Assembly: GCF_044704955.1 (NCBI RefSeq)
Contig: NC_091987.1
Location: 117,304,001-117,368,000, forward strand
Reading direction: 5' to 3'
Length of the DNA: 64,000 nucleotides
Origin: Pristiophorus japonicus
Lineage: Eukaryota
Each line of letters starts with the position of its first letter. The first letter of the stretch is position 1. Below the pieces are notes generated by a model that saw only the letters and a list, made by a program, of their open reading frames with translations, made no database searches and was not told the DNA's origin. This document shows positions 50,997-62,446 of the stretch, one piece after another. A program made the translations under genes and the position numbers.

Positions 50997-53903
50997 TCAG
51001 TACCCCATTTCTGCTTTCTCGCCATACCCCTTGATCCCCCTAGTAGTAAGGACCTCATCTAACTCCTTTTTGAATATATTTAGTGAATTGGCCTCAACAA
51101 CTTTCTGTGGTAGAGAATTCCACAGGTTCACCACTCTCTGGGTGAAGAAGTTCCTCCGCATCTCGGTCCTAAATGGCTTACCCCTTATCCTTAGACTGTG
51201 ACCTCTGGTTCTGGACTTCCCCAACATTGGGAACATTCTTCCTGCATCTAACCTGTCTAACCCCGTCAGAATTTTAAATGTTTCTATGAGGTCCCCTCTC
51301 ATTCTTCTGAACTCCAGTGAATACAAGCCCAGTTGATCCAGTCTTTCTTGATAGGTCAGTCCCGCCATCCCGGGAATCAGTCTGGTGAACCTTCGCTGCA
51401 CTCCCTCAATAGCAAGAATGTCCTTCCTCAGGTTAGGAGACCAAAACTGTACACAATACTCCAGGTGTGGCCTCAACAAGGCCCTGTACAACTGTAGCAA
51501 CACCTCCCTGCCCCTGTACTCAAATCCCCTTGCTATGAAGGCCAACATGCCATTTGCTTTCTTAACCGCCTGCTGCACCTGCATGCCAACCTTCAATGAC
51601 TGATGTACCATGACACCCAGGTCTCTTTGCACCTCCCCTTTTCCTAATCTGTCACCATTCAGATAATAGTCTGTCTCTCTGTTTTTACCACCTAAGTGGA
51701 TAACCTCACATTTATCCACATTATACTTCATCTGCCATGCATTTGCCCTCTCACCTAACCTATCCAAGTCGCTCTGCAGCCTCACAGCATCCTCCACGCA
51801 GCTCACACTGCCACCCAACTTAGTGTCATCCGCAAATTTGGAGATACTACATTTAATCCCCTCATCTAAATCATTAATGTACAGTGTAAACAGCTGGGGC
51901 CCCAGCACAGAACCTTGCGGTACCCCACTAGTCACTGCCTGCCATTCTGAAAAGTACCCATTTACTCCTACTCTTTGCTTCCTGTCTGACAACCAGTTCT
52001 CAATCCATGTCAGTACACTACCCCCAATCCCATGTGCTCTAACTTTGCACATCAATCTCTTGTGTGGGACCTTGTCGAACGTCTTCTGAAAATCCAAATA
52101 TACCACATCAACTGGTTCTCCCTTATCCACTCTACTGGAAACATCCTCAAAAAATTCCAGAAGATTTGTCAAGCATGATTTCCCTTTCACAAATCCATGC
52201 TGACTTGGACCTATCATGTCACCTCTTTCCAAATGCACTGCTATGACATCCTTAATAATTGATTCCATCATTTTACCCACTACCGACGTCAGGCTGACCG
52301 GTCTATAATTCCCTGTTTTCTCTCTCCCTCCTTTTTTAAAAAGTGGGGTTACATTGGCTACCCTCCACTCCATAGGAACTGATCCAGAGTCAATGGAATG
52401 TTGGAAAATGACTGTCAACGCATCCACTATTTCCAAGGCCACCTCCGTAAGTACTCTGGGATGCAGTCCATCAGGCCCTGGGGATTTATCGGCCTTCAAT
52501 CCCATCAATTTCCCCAACACAATTTCCCGGCTAATAAGGATTTCCCTCAGTTCCTCCTCCTTACTAGACCCCCCGACCCCTTTTATAACCGGAAGGTTGT
52601 TCGTGTCCTCCTTCGTGAATACCGAACCAAAGTACTTGTTCAATTGGTCCGCCATTTCTTTGTTCCCCGTTATGACTTCCCCTGATTCTGACTGCTGAGG
52701 ACCTACGTTTGTCTTTACTAACCTTTTTCTCTTTACATATCTATAGAAACTTTTGCAATCCGTCTTAATGTTCCCTGCAAGCTTCTTCTCATACTCCATT
52801 TTCCCTGCCCTAATTAAACCCTTTGTCCTCCTCTGCTGAGTTCTAAATTTCTCCCAGTCCCCAGGTTCGCTGCTATTTCTGGCCAATTTGTATGCCACTT
52901 CCTTGGCTTTAATACTATCCCTGATTTCCCTTGATAGCCACGGTTGAGCCACCTTCCCTTTTTTATTTTTATGCCAGACAGGAATGTACAATTGTTGTAG
53001 TTCATCCATGCGGTCTCTAAATGTCTGCCATTGCCCATCCACAGTCAACCCCTTAAGTATCATTCGCCAATCCATCCCAGCCAATTCACGTCTCATACCT
53101 TCAAAGTTAGCCTTCTTTAAGTTCTGGACCATGGTCTCTGAATTAACTGTTTCATTCTCCATCTCAATGCAGAATTCCACCATATTATGGTCACTCTTCC
53201 CCAAGGGGCCTCGCACAACGAGATTGCTAATTAATCCTCTCTCATTACATAACACCCAGTCTAAGATGGCCTCCCCCCTAGTTGGTTCCTCGACATATTG
53301 GTCTAAAAAACCATCCCTTATGCACTCCAGAAAATCCTCCTCCACCGTATTGCTTCCAGTTTGGTTAGCCCAATCTATGTGCATATTAAAGTCACCCATT
53401 ATAACTGGTGCACCTTTATTGCAGGCACCCCTAATTTCCTGTTTGATGCCCTCCCCAACATCACTACTACTGTTTGGAGGTCTGTACACAACTCCCACTA
53501 ACGTTTTTTGCCCTTTGGTGTTCTGCAGCTCTACCCATATAGATTCCACATCATCCAAGCTAATGTCCTTCCTAACTATTGCCTTAATCTCCTCCTTAAC
53601 CAGCAATGCTACCCCACCTCCTTTTCCTTTTATTCTATCCTTCCTGAATGTTGAATACCCCTGGATGTTGAGTTCCCAGCCCTGATCATCCTGGAGCCAC
53701 GTCTCCGTAATCCCAATCACATCATATTTGTTAACATCTATTTGCACAGTTAATTCATCCACCTTATTGCGGATACTCCTTGCATTAAGACACAAAGCCT
53801 TTAGGCTTGTTTTTTTAACACCCTCTGTCCTTTTAGAATTTTGCTGTACAATGGCCCTTTTTGTTCTTTGCCTTGGGTTTCTCTGCCCTCCACTTTTCCT
53901 CAT
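50997..53903 (-). CDS. CR1 ORF2: APE endonuclease plus reverse transcriptase (968 aa)
   Basis: LNARSI, ITETWL, VYRPP, MGDFN, SDHN; RT motifs SQHGF, GVPQGSVLGP, KFADD. Confidence 0.96.
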   Translation of the reverse strand: MRKSGGQRNPRQRTKRAIVQQNSKRTEGVKKTSLKALCLNARSIRNKVDELTVQIDVNKYDVIGITETWLQDDQGWELNIQGYSTFRKDRIKGKGGGVALLVKEEIKAIVRKDISLDDVESIWVELQNTKGQKTLVGVVYRPPNSSSDVGEGIKQEIRGACNKGAPVIMGDFNMHIDWANQTGSNTVEEDFLECIRDGFLDQYVEEPTRGEAILDWVLCNERGLISNLVVRGPLGKSDHNMVEFCIEMENETVNSETMVQNLKKANFEGMRRELAGMDWRMILKGLTVDGQWQTFRDRMDELQQLYIPVWHKNKKGKVAQPWLSREIRDSIKAKEVAYKLARNSSEPGDWEKFRTQQRRTKGLIRAGKMEYEKKLAGNIKTDCKSFYRYVKRKRLVKTNVGPQQSESGEVITGNKEMADQLNKYFGSVFTKEDTNNLPVIKGVGGSSKEEELREILISREIVLGKLMGLKADKSPGPDGLHPRVLTEVALEIVDALTVIFQHSIDSGSVPMEWRVANVTPLFKKGGREKTGNYRPVSLTSVVGKMMESIIKDVIAVHLERGDMIGPSQHGFVKGKSCLTNLLEFFEDVSSRVDKGEPVDVVYLDFQKTFDKVPHKRLMCKVRAHGIGGSVLTWIENWLSDRKQRVGVNGYFSEWQAVTSGVPQGSVLGPQLFTLYINDLDEGIKCSISKFADDTKLGGSVSCVEDAVRLQSDLDRLGERANAWQMKYNVDKCEVIHLGGKNRETDYYLNGDRLGKGEVQRDLGVMVHQSLKVGMQVQQAVKKANGMLAFIARGFEYRGREVLLQLYRALLRPHLEYCVQFWSPNLRKDILAIEGVQRRFTRLIPGMAGLTYQERLDQLGLYSLEFRRMRGDLIETFKILTGLDRLDAGRMFPMLGKSRTRGHSLRIRGKPFRTEMRRNFFTQRVVNLWNSLPQKVVEANSLNIFKKELDEVLTTRGIKGYGEKAEMGY

Positions 53904-53980
53904 CTCCTTTCTGTCTTTTGTTTTTGCCTCCTTTTTGTTTCCCTCTATCTCCCTGCATTGGTTCCCATCCCCCTGCCATG

Positions 53981-54928
53981 TTAGTTTAACTCCTCCCCAA
54001 CAGCACTAGCAAACACTCCCCTGAGGACATTGGTTCCGATTCTGCCCAGGTGCAGACTGTCCGGATTGTACTGGTCCCACCTCCCCCAGAACCGGTTCCA
54101 ATGCCCCAGGAATTTGAATCCCTCCCTGCTGCACCATTGCTCAAGCCACGTATTCATCTGAGCTATCCTGTGATTCCTACTCTGACTAGCACGTGGCACT
54201 AATAGCAATCCTGAGATTACTACTTTTGAGGTCCTACTTTTTAATTTAGCTCCTAGCTCCTTAAATTCATTTCGTAGGAACTCATCCCTTTTTTTACCTA
54301 TGTCATTGGTACCAACGTGCACCACGACAACTGGCTGTTCTCCCTCCCTTTTTAGAATGTCCTGCACCCGCTCCGAGACATCCTTGACCCTTGCACCAGG
54401 GAGGCAACATACCATCCTGGAGTCTCGGTTGCGGCCGCAGAAACGCCTATCTATTCCCCTTACAATTGAATCCCCTATCACTATCGCTCGCCCACTCTTT
54501 TTCCTGCCCTCCTGTGCAACAGAGCCAGCCACGGTGCCATGAACTTGGCTGCTGCTGCCCGCTCCTGATGAGTCATCTCCCTCAACAGCACTCAAAGCAG
54601 TGTATCTGTTTTGCAATGGGATGACCACAGGGGACCCCTGCACTACCTTCCTTGCACTACTCTTCCTGCTGGTCTTCCATTCCCTCGCTGGCTGTGGACC
54701 CTTCTCCTGCGGTAAGACCAACTCGCTATACGTGATACTCACGTCATTCTCAGCATCGTGGATGCTCCAGAGTGAATCCACCTTCAGCTCCAACTCCGCA
54801 ACGCGGACCGTCAATAGCCGGAGGTGGACACACTTCCCGCACATGTAGTCGTCAGGGACACTGGTGTTGTCCCCGTGTTCCCACATGGTACAGGAGGAGC
54901 ATATCACGTGACCGAGCTGTCCTGCCAT
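53981..54928 (-). CDS. CR1 ORF1: zinc finger/coiled coil plus SGNH esterase-like domain (315 aa)
   Basis: CSSC..CGKC; IVIGDSIVR, CLPGA, HVGTND and DSLHL blocks. Confidence 0.92.
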   Translation of the reverse strand: MAGQLGHVICSSCTMWEHGDNTSVPDDYMCGKCVHLRLLTVRVAELELKVDSLWSIHDAENDVSITYSELVLPQEKGPQPAREWKTSRKSSARKVVQGSPVVIPLQNRYTALSAVEGDDSSGAGSSSQVHGTVAGSVAQEGRKKSGRAIVIGDSIVRGIDRRFCGRNRDSRMVCCLPGARVKDVSERVQDILKREGEQPVVVVHVGTNDIGKKRDEFLRNEFKELGAKLKSRTSKVVISGLLLVPRASQSRNHRIAQMNTWLEQWCSREGFKFLGHWNRFWGRWDQYNPDSLHLGRIGTNVLRGVFASAVGEELN

Positions 54929-57900
54929 GACTTAACCCTTAGATACACTTAAATTGCCGACAACAATGTTAAAAGTTACTGACTAATAAAGAAAAAGAAA
55001 AACTACTCACCAATCAGCAGCCAATCACTTACCACGTTGGCTGTGACGTCACCTTTTGATTGACGTGTATAGTTGACGTGTACCCTAGACCACGGTTTGG
55101 AGGGCCAGGACCATAAACTTAGCGGCGCCTCCCTGGGTACATTGCTTAACTGCGAGCATGTATTACATCTGTGAATGCAGGACTCTAAGTCCGCATCGAT
55201 ACCGGGCCACCACACGTGGGATCTGGCTATTGCTTTCATCATTATGATGCCTGGGTGGGTACTGTTGATGAAGGTGTCTCTGCCCTTCTTGGGGACCACT
55301 ACTCGATTGCCCCACAGAAGGCAGTCTGCTTGTATAGACATCTCATTTTTGCGCTGCTGGAACGGCTTAATCTCTTCCTGAATTTCCACTAGGACACTGG
55401 ACCAGCTCCCGTGAAGCACACAGCTTTTGACTAGAGATAATAAGCGGTCCTGGCTTGTCCAGGTTTTGATCTGCCGTGCAGTGATGGGTGATTGCTCACT
55501 CTCAAATGCTTCCATAACCATGGTTAGATCTGCGGGCTGCGCCATTTCCACCCCCGTGGTGAGCAATGGCAGCCTACTGAGAGCATCGGCGCAGTTTTCT
55601 GTGCCTGGCCTGTGGCGGATGGCGTAGTTGCATGTGGACAACGTGAGTGCCCATCTCTGGATGCCGGCTGATGCGTTGGTATTTATCTCTTTACTCTCGG
55701 AAAACAGGGATATAAGTGGCTTATGGTCAGCATCCAATTTGAATTTTAGCCCACACAGGTATTGATGTAATTTCTTTACCCCATAGACACACGCTAACGC
55801 TTCTTTCTCAATCATGCTGTAGGTTCTCTCAGCCTTAGACAGACTCCTGGATGCATAAGCAACCAGTTGCAGTTTCCCAAAATCATTAGCTTGTTGCAAT
55901 ACACACCCGACGCCATATGACGATGCATCACATGCTAGCACCAAGCGCTTACATGGATCAGACAACACAAGCAATTTGTTTGAGCATAACAATTTTCTCG
56001 CTTTTACAAAGGCATTTTCTTGGCTTTTGCCCCAAACCCATTCGTCCCCTTTTCATAGTAAGACATGCAGTGGTTCTAACAGTGTGCTAAGACCCAGTAA
56101 GAAGTTGCCAAAGTAGTTCAAGTGTCCCAGAAACGACCGCAGCTCCATCACGTTCTCGATTGCCACCGTCTTTGCATTGGTGGGTCTGATACCATCCGCC
56201 GCAATCCTCCTTTACAAGAACTCCACTTCAGGCTCCAGGAAAATGCACTTCGAGCATTTTAATCTGAGCCCCACGTGGTTGAGTCGACTAAGAACCACCT
56301 CCAGGTTCTGCAGATGCTCAACTGTGTTCCGACCAGTGACCAAGATGTCGTCCTGGAAGACCACAGTGTGCGGAATCTACTTCAGTAAGCTTTCCATGTT
56401 TCTCTGGAATATCACTGCCGCTGATCAGATGCCAAATGGGCATCTGTTATAAACAAAAAGACCTTTGTGCATGTTGATGCAGGTGAAAGCCTTCGATGAT
56501 TCCTCCAGTTCGTGCATCATGTAGGCTGAAGTCAGATCCAGCTTCGTGAACGTCTTTCCTCCCGCCAGCGTTGCAAAGAGGTCGTCGGCCTTTGGTAGTG
56601 CGTATTGGTCCTGCAGGGAGAAACGATTGATAGTTACTTTGTAATCGCCACAGATTCTGACAGTGCCATCTCCCTTGAGGACTGGGACGATAGGACTGGC
56701 CCACTCGTTGAACTCGATCGGGGAAATGATGCCCTCTCTTTGCAGCCGGTCTAGCTCGATCTCTACCCTTTCTCTCATCATGTACGGTACTGCTCTCGCC
56801 ATGGGATGGATGGGTCGCGCCCCCGGAATTAGATGGATCTGCACTTTTGCTCCTTGGAATTTCCCGATACCTGGTTCGAACAGCAAAGAAAATTTGTTTA
56901 AGACGTGGGCACACGAAGTGTCATCAGCGGGCAATAGCGCTTAGACGTCGTCCCAGTTCCAGCGTATCTTTCCAAGCCCCAGCGTATCTTTCCCAGCCAG
57001 CTCCTGCCAAGCAGCACGGGACGATTGGCCAGTACCACCCAGAGTGGTAGCTTGTGCACCGCTCCATCGTAGGAGACCTTTACGGTAGCACTGCCGGTAA
57101 CAGGAATCAGTTCTTTTGTGTAAGTTCTTAATTTCGTGCGAACTGGAGTTAAGACTGACCTTGAGGCCTTGTTGCACACAATCTTTCAAAAGTCTTTTTG
57201 CTCATGATGGACTGGCTCGTGCCAGTGTCCAGCTCCATTGACACTGGGAGTCCATTTAGTTCAACATTCAGCATTATCAGGGGACAATTCGTGGTGAATG
57301 TGTGCACCCCATGTACCTTTGCCTCCTTCGTCTGAGGCTCTGGTTCGTCGTGATCCTCCGTGGATCTGTCCTCCTCTGCAACTTGGTGGTTTGCAGGTTT
57401 TACAGGATTTGCAGCTCGCCTGCACATGCTTTGGAGGTGTCCCATTGTTCCACAGCACTTTCCAACGTACCCTTTGAATCGGCATGAATGGAAACGATGA
57501 TCACCCCCGCAGCGCCAACACGGTGTTAATGGCCTTGCATTCATCACCCTTGATGGTGGACTCTGAGACATCTGCGGACGTGCAGCTGCAGGTATATGTG
57601 ACCTGCCCTGTACGTCACGATTCGAAAACAACATCACTTTATTCACAGTACGTGTAGCAGCACTTGTGTACTGAGAGATTTGTTTCGTATTGTCACTGGT
57701 GGCAATGAACACCTGGGCTATCGCTATGACCTTACTCAAGGTTGGGGTCTCTACAGTCAAAAGTTTGCGAAGTATGGTTTCGTGGCCAGTGCCAAGTATG
57801 AAAAAGTCTCTGAGCATGTGCTCCAAATGTCCTTCAAATTTGCAATGTCCTGCAAGGCGTCTTAACTCGGCGACATAACTCACCACTTCCTGGCCTTCAG

Positions 57901-60900
57901 ACCTTTTGTAGGTATAGAATCGGTACCTCGCCATCAGAATGCTTTCCTTCGGGTTCAAATGCTCTCGGACCAGTGTACACAAATCGTCATACAATTTCTC
58001 CGTGGGTTTCGCTGGAGTGAGCAGATTCTTCATGAGGCCATACGTTGGTGCCCCACAGACAGTGAGGAGGATCAGCCTTCGTTTGGCAGCGTTCTATTCC
58101 CCATCCAGCTTGTTGGCTACAAATATTGGTCGAGTCGCTCCACAAAAGTTTCCCAATCATCTCCCTCTGAGAATTTCTCCAGGATGCCCACTGTTCTCTG
58201 CATCTTTGGGTTCACTATCTGTATCTCGTCGCCAATTGTTATGAATGGAGAAAGAATCAGACTGAACACTGTGAGCTCCAAGTAAAGTGTGACCTTAGTC
58301 TTTTGTTGCAGGTCTCCAGAGTGCCTCTCCAACCTGTGAGGCCTCCTTAAATACCTGTGCTCCCAAGGGATTATGGGATCTCTTGGGACTCCAAGGTGGC
58401 TGTACAGAGTAAATACAAGTTCACATGTATAACAAATATAAAAACAGATAGCAAGAGTATCTCTAGGTATATAAAAAGGAAAAGGGTGGCTGAAGTAAAT
58501 GTTGGTTCAGTAGAGGACGTAATCGGGGAATTAGTAACGGGGAACATGGAGATGGCAGAAACTCTGAACAAATATTTTGTATCAGTCTTTACGGTAGAGG
58601 ACACTAACAATATTCTGACAGTGGATAGTCTAGGGGCTATGGGGGGGAGGAACGTAACACAATCACAATCACTAAGGAGGTGGTACTCAGTAAGATAATG
58701 GGACTAAAGGCAGATAAATCCCCTGGACCTGATGGCTTTCATCCTAAGGTATTAAGAGAAGTAGTGACAGGGATTGTGGATGCATTGTTTGTAATTTAGC
58801 AAAATTCCCTGGATTCTGGGGAGATCCCAGCATATTGGAAAACGGCAAATGTAACGTCCCTATTTAAAAAAGGAGAGAGACAAAAAGCAGAAAACTATAG
58901 ACCAGTTAGTCTACCATTTGTGGTTGGGAAAATGTTGGAGTCCATTATTTAAGAAGCAGTAGCAGGACATTTGGAAAAGCAAAATTTGGTCAGGCAAAGT
59001 CAGCATGGATTTATAAAGGGGAATCATGTTTGACAAATTTGCTGGAGTTCTTTGAGGATGTAATGAACGAGGTGGATAAAGTGGATGTGGTGTATTTGGA
59101 CTTCCAGAAGGCATTTGACAAGTTACCACATGAAAGGTTACTGCACAAGATAAAAGTTCACGGGGTTGGGGGTAATATATTAGCATGGATAGAGAATTGG
59201 CTAACTAACAGAAAACAGAGAGTCGGGATAAATGGTTCATTCTCTGGTTGGCAACCAGTAACTAGTGGGGTGTCGCGGGGATCAGTGATGGGACCCCAAC
59301 TATTTACAATCTATATTAAAAACTTGGAAGAAGGATCTGAGTGTAACGTAGCCAAGTTTGCTGATGATACAAAGATGGAAGTAAAAGCAATGTGTGAGGA
59401 GGACACAAAAAATCTGCAAAAGGATATAGACAGGCTAAGTGAATGGGCAAAAATTTGGCAGATAGAGTATAATGTTGGGAAGTGTGAAGTCATGCACTTT
59501 GGCAGAAAAAATCCAAGTTATTATTTAAATGGAGAAAGATTGCAAAGTGCCGCAGTACAGCGGGACCTGGGGGTACTTGTGCATGAAACACAAAAGGATA
59601 GTATGCAGGTACAGCAAGTGATCAGGAAGGCCAATGGTATCTTGGCCTTTATTGCAAATGGGATGGAGTATAACAGCAGGGAGGTCTTGCTACAGCTATA
59701 TAAGATATTGGTGAGACCACACCTGGAATACTGTGTGCAGCTTTGGTTTCCATATTTACGAAAGGATGTACTTGCTTTGGAGGCAATTCAGAGAAGGTTC
59801 ACTAGATTGATTCCGGAGATGAGGGGGTTGGCTTTTGAGGAAAGGTTGAATATGTCGGGCCTCTACTCTTTAGTATTCAGAAGAATGAGGTGATCTTATC
59901 GAAATGTATAAGATTATGAGGGGGTTTGACAAGGTGGATACAGAGAGAATGTTTCCACTGATGGGGGAGACTATAACTAGAGGGCATGATCTTAGAATAA
60001 GGGGCCGCCCATTTAAAACAGAGATGAGGAGAAAGTTCTTCTCTTAGAGGGTTGTTAATCTGTGGAATTCGCTGCCTCAGTGTGGAAACTGAGACATTGA
60101 ATAAATTTAAGACAGAAATAGACAGTTTCTTAAACGATAAGGGGATAAGGGATTATGGGGAGCGGGCAGGGAAATGGAGCTGAGTCCATGATCAGATCAG
60201 CCATGATCTTATTAAATGGCAGAGCAGGCTCGAGGATCCGTATTGCCTACTCCTGCTCCTATTTCTTATGTTCTTATGTTCTTAAATTCTTACAGGGCTT
60301 GACAGAGTAGATGCAGGGAGGATGTTTCCCCTGGCTGGTGAATCTTGAATCAGGGGTCACAGTCTCAGAATACGGGGTCGGCCATTTAGGACTGAGATGA
60401 GGAGAAATTTCTTCACTCAGACGGTGGTGAATCTTTGAATTCTCTACCCCAGAGGAACTCAGTTGTTGAGTGTATTCAAAGCTGAGAGCGATCGATTTTT
60501 GGATATTAAGGGAATCAAGGGATATGGGGATAGTGCAGGAAAGTGGAGTTGAGGTAGAAGATCAGCCATGATCTTACTGAATAGTGAAGCAAGCTCAAGA
60601 GGCCGAATGGCCTACTCCTGCTCCTATTTCTTATGTTCTTATTATTATCTTTACGTCTGATCTGGCCTTTCTGCTCTGCTGAACTCCACTCTGACTCAAC
60701 CCCAACTCTCTCTCCTACCTGAATCGATCCTAGCAGACCTCTACCCCTTTCAACCAAGGGGTTATCATAACCAAGTTGCATCCTGACTTTACTTTCACAA
60801 GCACACTTTCCAGCAGAGGTGACTGGGGAGAAAATGGCTGCTGGAGTTCTCCCAACCTTTTGGCATTACTTTGAAGGCGTTTCTCTGGGGTTTCCACTAA

Positions 60901-61173
60901 AGTTATCGCAGGAAATTGGAAGAAATTCCATGGAAATTTTATAACCCCCCCACTCCGCTCCCCAGAAATAAATCAAGAATGGGAATTTTGATTATTCATT
61001 CCCCCCTCCCTTGTCCAAATGCACTGAGATCAAATGTAGCTGCTCTACCACCAAGTATGACTGGGGTTCCTAGTTAGGACTTCCCTGGCCTGTATGGCTC
61101 AGTTTCACATTGGACAGTGCTGTTATCTATCGATTGGTGTAGGCATTGACAACTCAGACAAAGCCTCTTTTAT

Positions 61174-61637
61174 AAAGAAAGAAAAGAAAGATTCACATTT
61201 ATGTAGCATCTTTCACCAGACATCTCAAAGCGCTTTACAGCCAATGTCGTACTATTGAAGTGTAGTCACTGTTGTAATGTGGGAAATGCGGTAGCCAATA
61301 TTCACCCAGCAAGCTCCCACAAACAGCAATGTGATAATGACCAGATAATCTGTTTTTGTTATGTTGATTAAGGGATAAATATTGGCCAGGACACCGGGGA
61401 TAACTCCCCTGCTCATCTTTGAAATAGTGCCATGGGATCGTTTACGTCCACCTGAGAGAGCAGGCAGAACCTCAGTTTAAAGTCTAATTTGAAAGATGGC
61501 ACCTCCGATAGTGCAGCACTCCCTCAGCACTACACTGGAATGTCAGCCTAGATTTATGTGCTCAAGTTCCTGGAGTGGAATTTGAACCCACAACCTTCTT
61601 AGAGGCGAGTATGCTACCCACTGAGATACAGCTGACA
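61174..61637 (-). mobile_element. Full-length Deu-domain tRNA SINE
   Basis: Minus strand: TGTCAGCTGTATCTCAGTGGGTAGCATACTCGCC..GGTTCAAATTCC tRNA head, Deu core and CTTT tail. Confidence 0.85.
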
Positions 61638-61813
61638 TAAGGGATGATAACTGTATCCAGAAACAGCATTTATATCTCCAACAGTTGATTCATATGAAAT
61701 AGAACATTTTCTTCATAGGCTTTTGACAGTTGAACATTCAGACTTGTTTCTTCTTTGATCTTGAACTCAAATGGCAATGAGCATATACTAACTTTATTTT
61801 CCAATTCCTTTAG

Positions 61814-62446
61814 CAACAAGCACTTCTCTCAAAGGTAAAAAAGCAGTATTCCAGCCTGATGCACGCAATGAATACGGGACGCTGTCGCCAGGAACAAACA
61901 TTCCTTCGCTTGGCAGTTTTACTCTCTGCATTGACATGAGATTCAAACAGAATACTAAAAAGGGAATGGTAGCATTTACCTACAACACTAATGCCAATTC
62001 CAATCCCCACCATGAACTTGGCATCATGGTGAAAGAGAATAAACTGACAATCTGGTTGTTTCTTAAGAAGCTTGAAGTACATAAAGGTCTTTCCTTAGAT
62101 AACTGGCACTCTTTGTGTTTAACATGGAATGGGCAAACTAATGAAGCACTTGTCTATGTGAATAAATCAATGGTGTTTAGAGAAACACTGAAACAAAATC
62201 ACAGACTTGGTCAAAATGGGAGCCTAGTGCTTGGTCGAAAGCACAAGCAAAAGGCAGACCGGTTGGAGGTGGACTTTAAGATGGCATTTGTTGGAGACTT
62301 GTACTTGTTCAGATTGTGGGACCATGCAAAAGGAGTGCAGTCAATATCTAGGCTGAACTGCGAAGATGGGAATGTCATCACCTGGGACAGCCAACAATGG
62401 GACTTCAGGGGATTAAACTTGGAGAGTGACGCCTCGCTGCCTTGCT
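61814..62446 (+). CDS. ADGRG4: Pentraxin/LamG domain exon (phase 1-1) of an ADGRG4/GPR112-like adhesion GPCR
   Basis: Acceptor TTCCTTTAG ending 61813; donor T|GTAAGT at 62447; open frame TSTSLKGKKAVF..IPSLGSFTLCID..AFTY..WHSLCLTWNG..GSLVLG..FVGDLYLFRLWD..CEDGNVITW..SLPC contains the pentraxin HxCxTW motif and resembles the GPR112 N-terminus (SLKGKK, FTACID, WHTICLIWDG) as recalled. Confidence 0.85.

Larger units (their letters stand above)
50905..55064 (-). mobile_element. Full-length CR1 LINE with intact ORF1 and ORF2, nested in the Gypsy integrase
   Basis: (CATAGAAA)3 tail; uninterrupted ORFs; the Gypsy rejoins as RVHVNYT|GPFLGKMF. Confidence 0.95.
49396..58434 (-). mobile_element. Ty3/Gypsy LTR retrotransposon, decayed; 5' LTR 58237-58434, 3' LTR 49396-49607
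   Basis: TSD AATAT; TGTTAT..ATAACA LTRs; PBS TGGCGACGAG (tRNA-Ser-like) at 58225-58234; gag CWRC knuckle, LDTG protease, RT, CDASS RNase H, HPG..CNTC and VSDN integrase. Confidence 0.95.
49161..60283 (+). mobile_element. CR1 copy C nested in copy A and split by a Gypsy (parts 49161-49395 and 58435-60283)
   Basis: Rejoins as KLAQNI|KTDSKS; RT ORF 59030-59893 with FADD; TCTTATGT tail. Confidence 0.88.
46690..60640 (+). mobile_element. Outer CR1 copy A, decayed; pieces 46690-47811, 48652-49160 and 60284-60640
   Basis: ORF2 motifs rejoin across the insertions (GAGGATGCA|AAGAGGCTTC; GAAACATACAA|AATTCTTACAGGG); CTTATGTTCTT tail. Confidence 0.85.

Noticed and set aside
52984-53685. 233-aa antisense ORF opposite CR1 ORF2
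   Set aside because: Shadow ORF of a long coding frame; no motifs or independent signals.
56955-56997. Tandem duplication of CCAGCGTATCTTTCC in the Gypsy pol
   Set aside because: Ordinary post-insertion slippage in a dead element.
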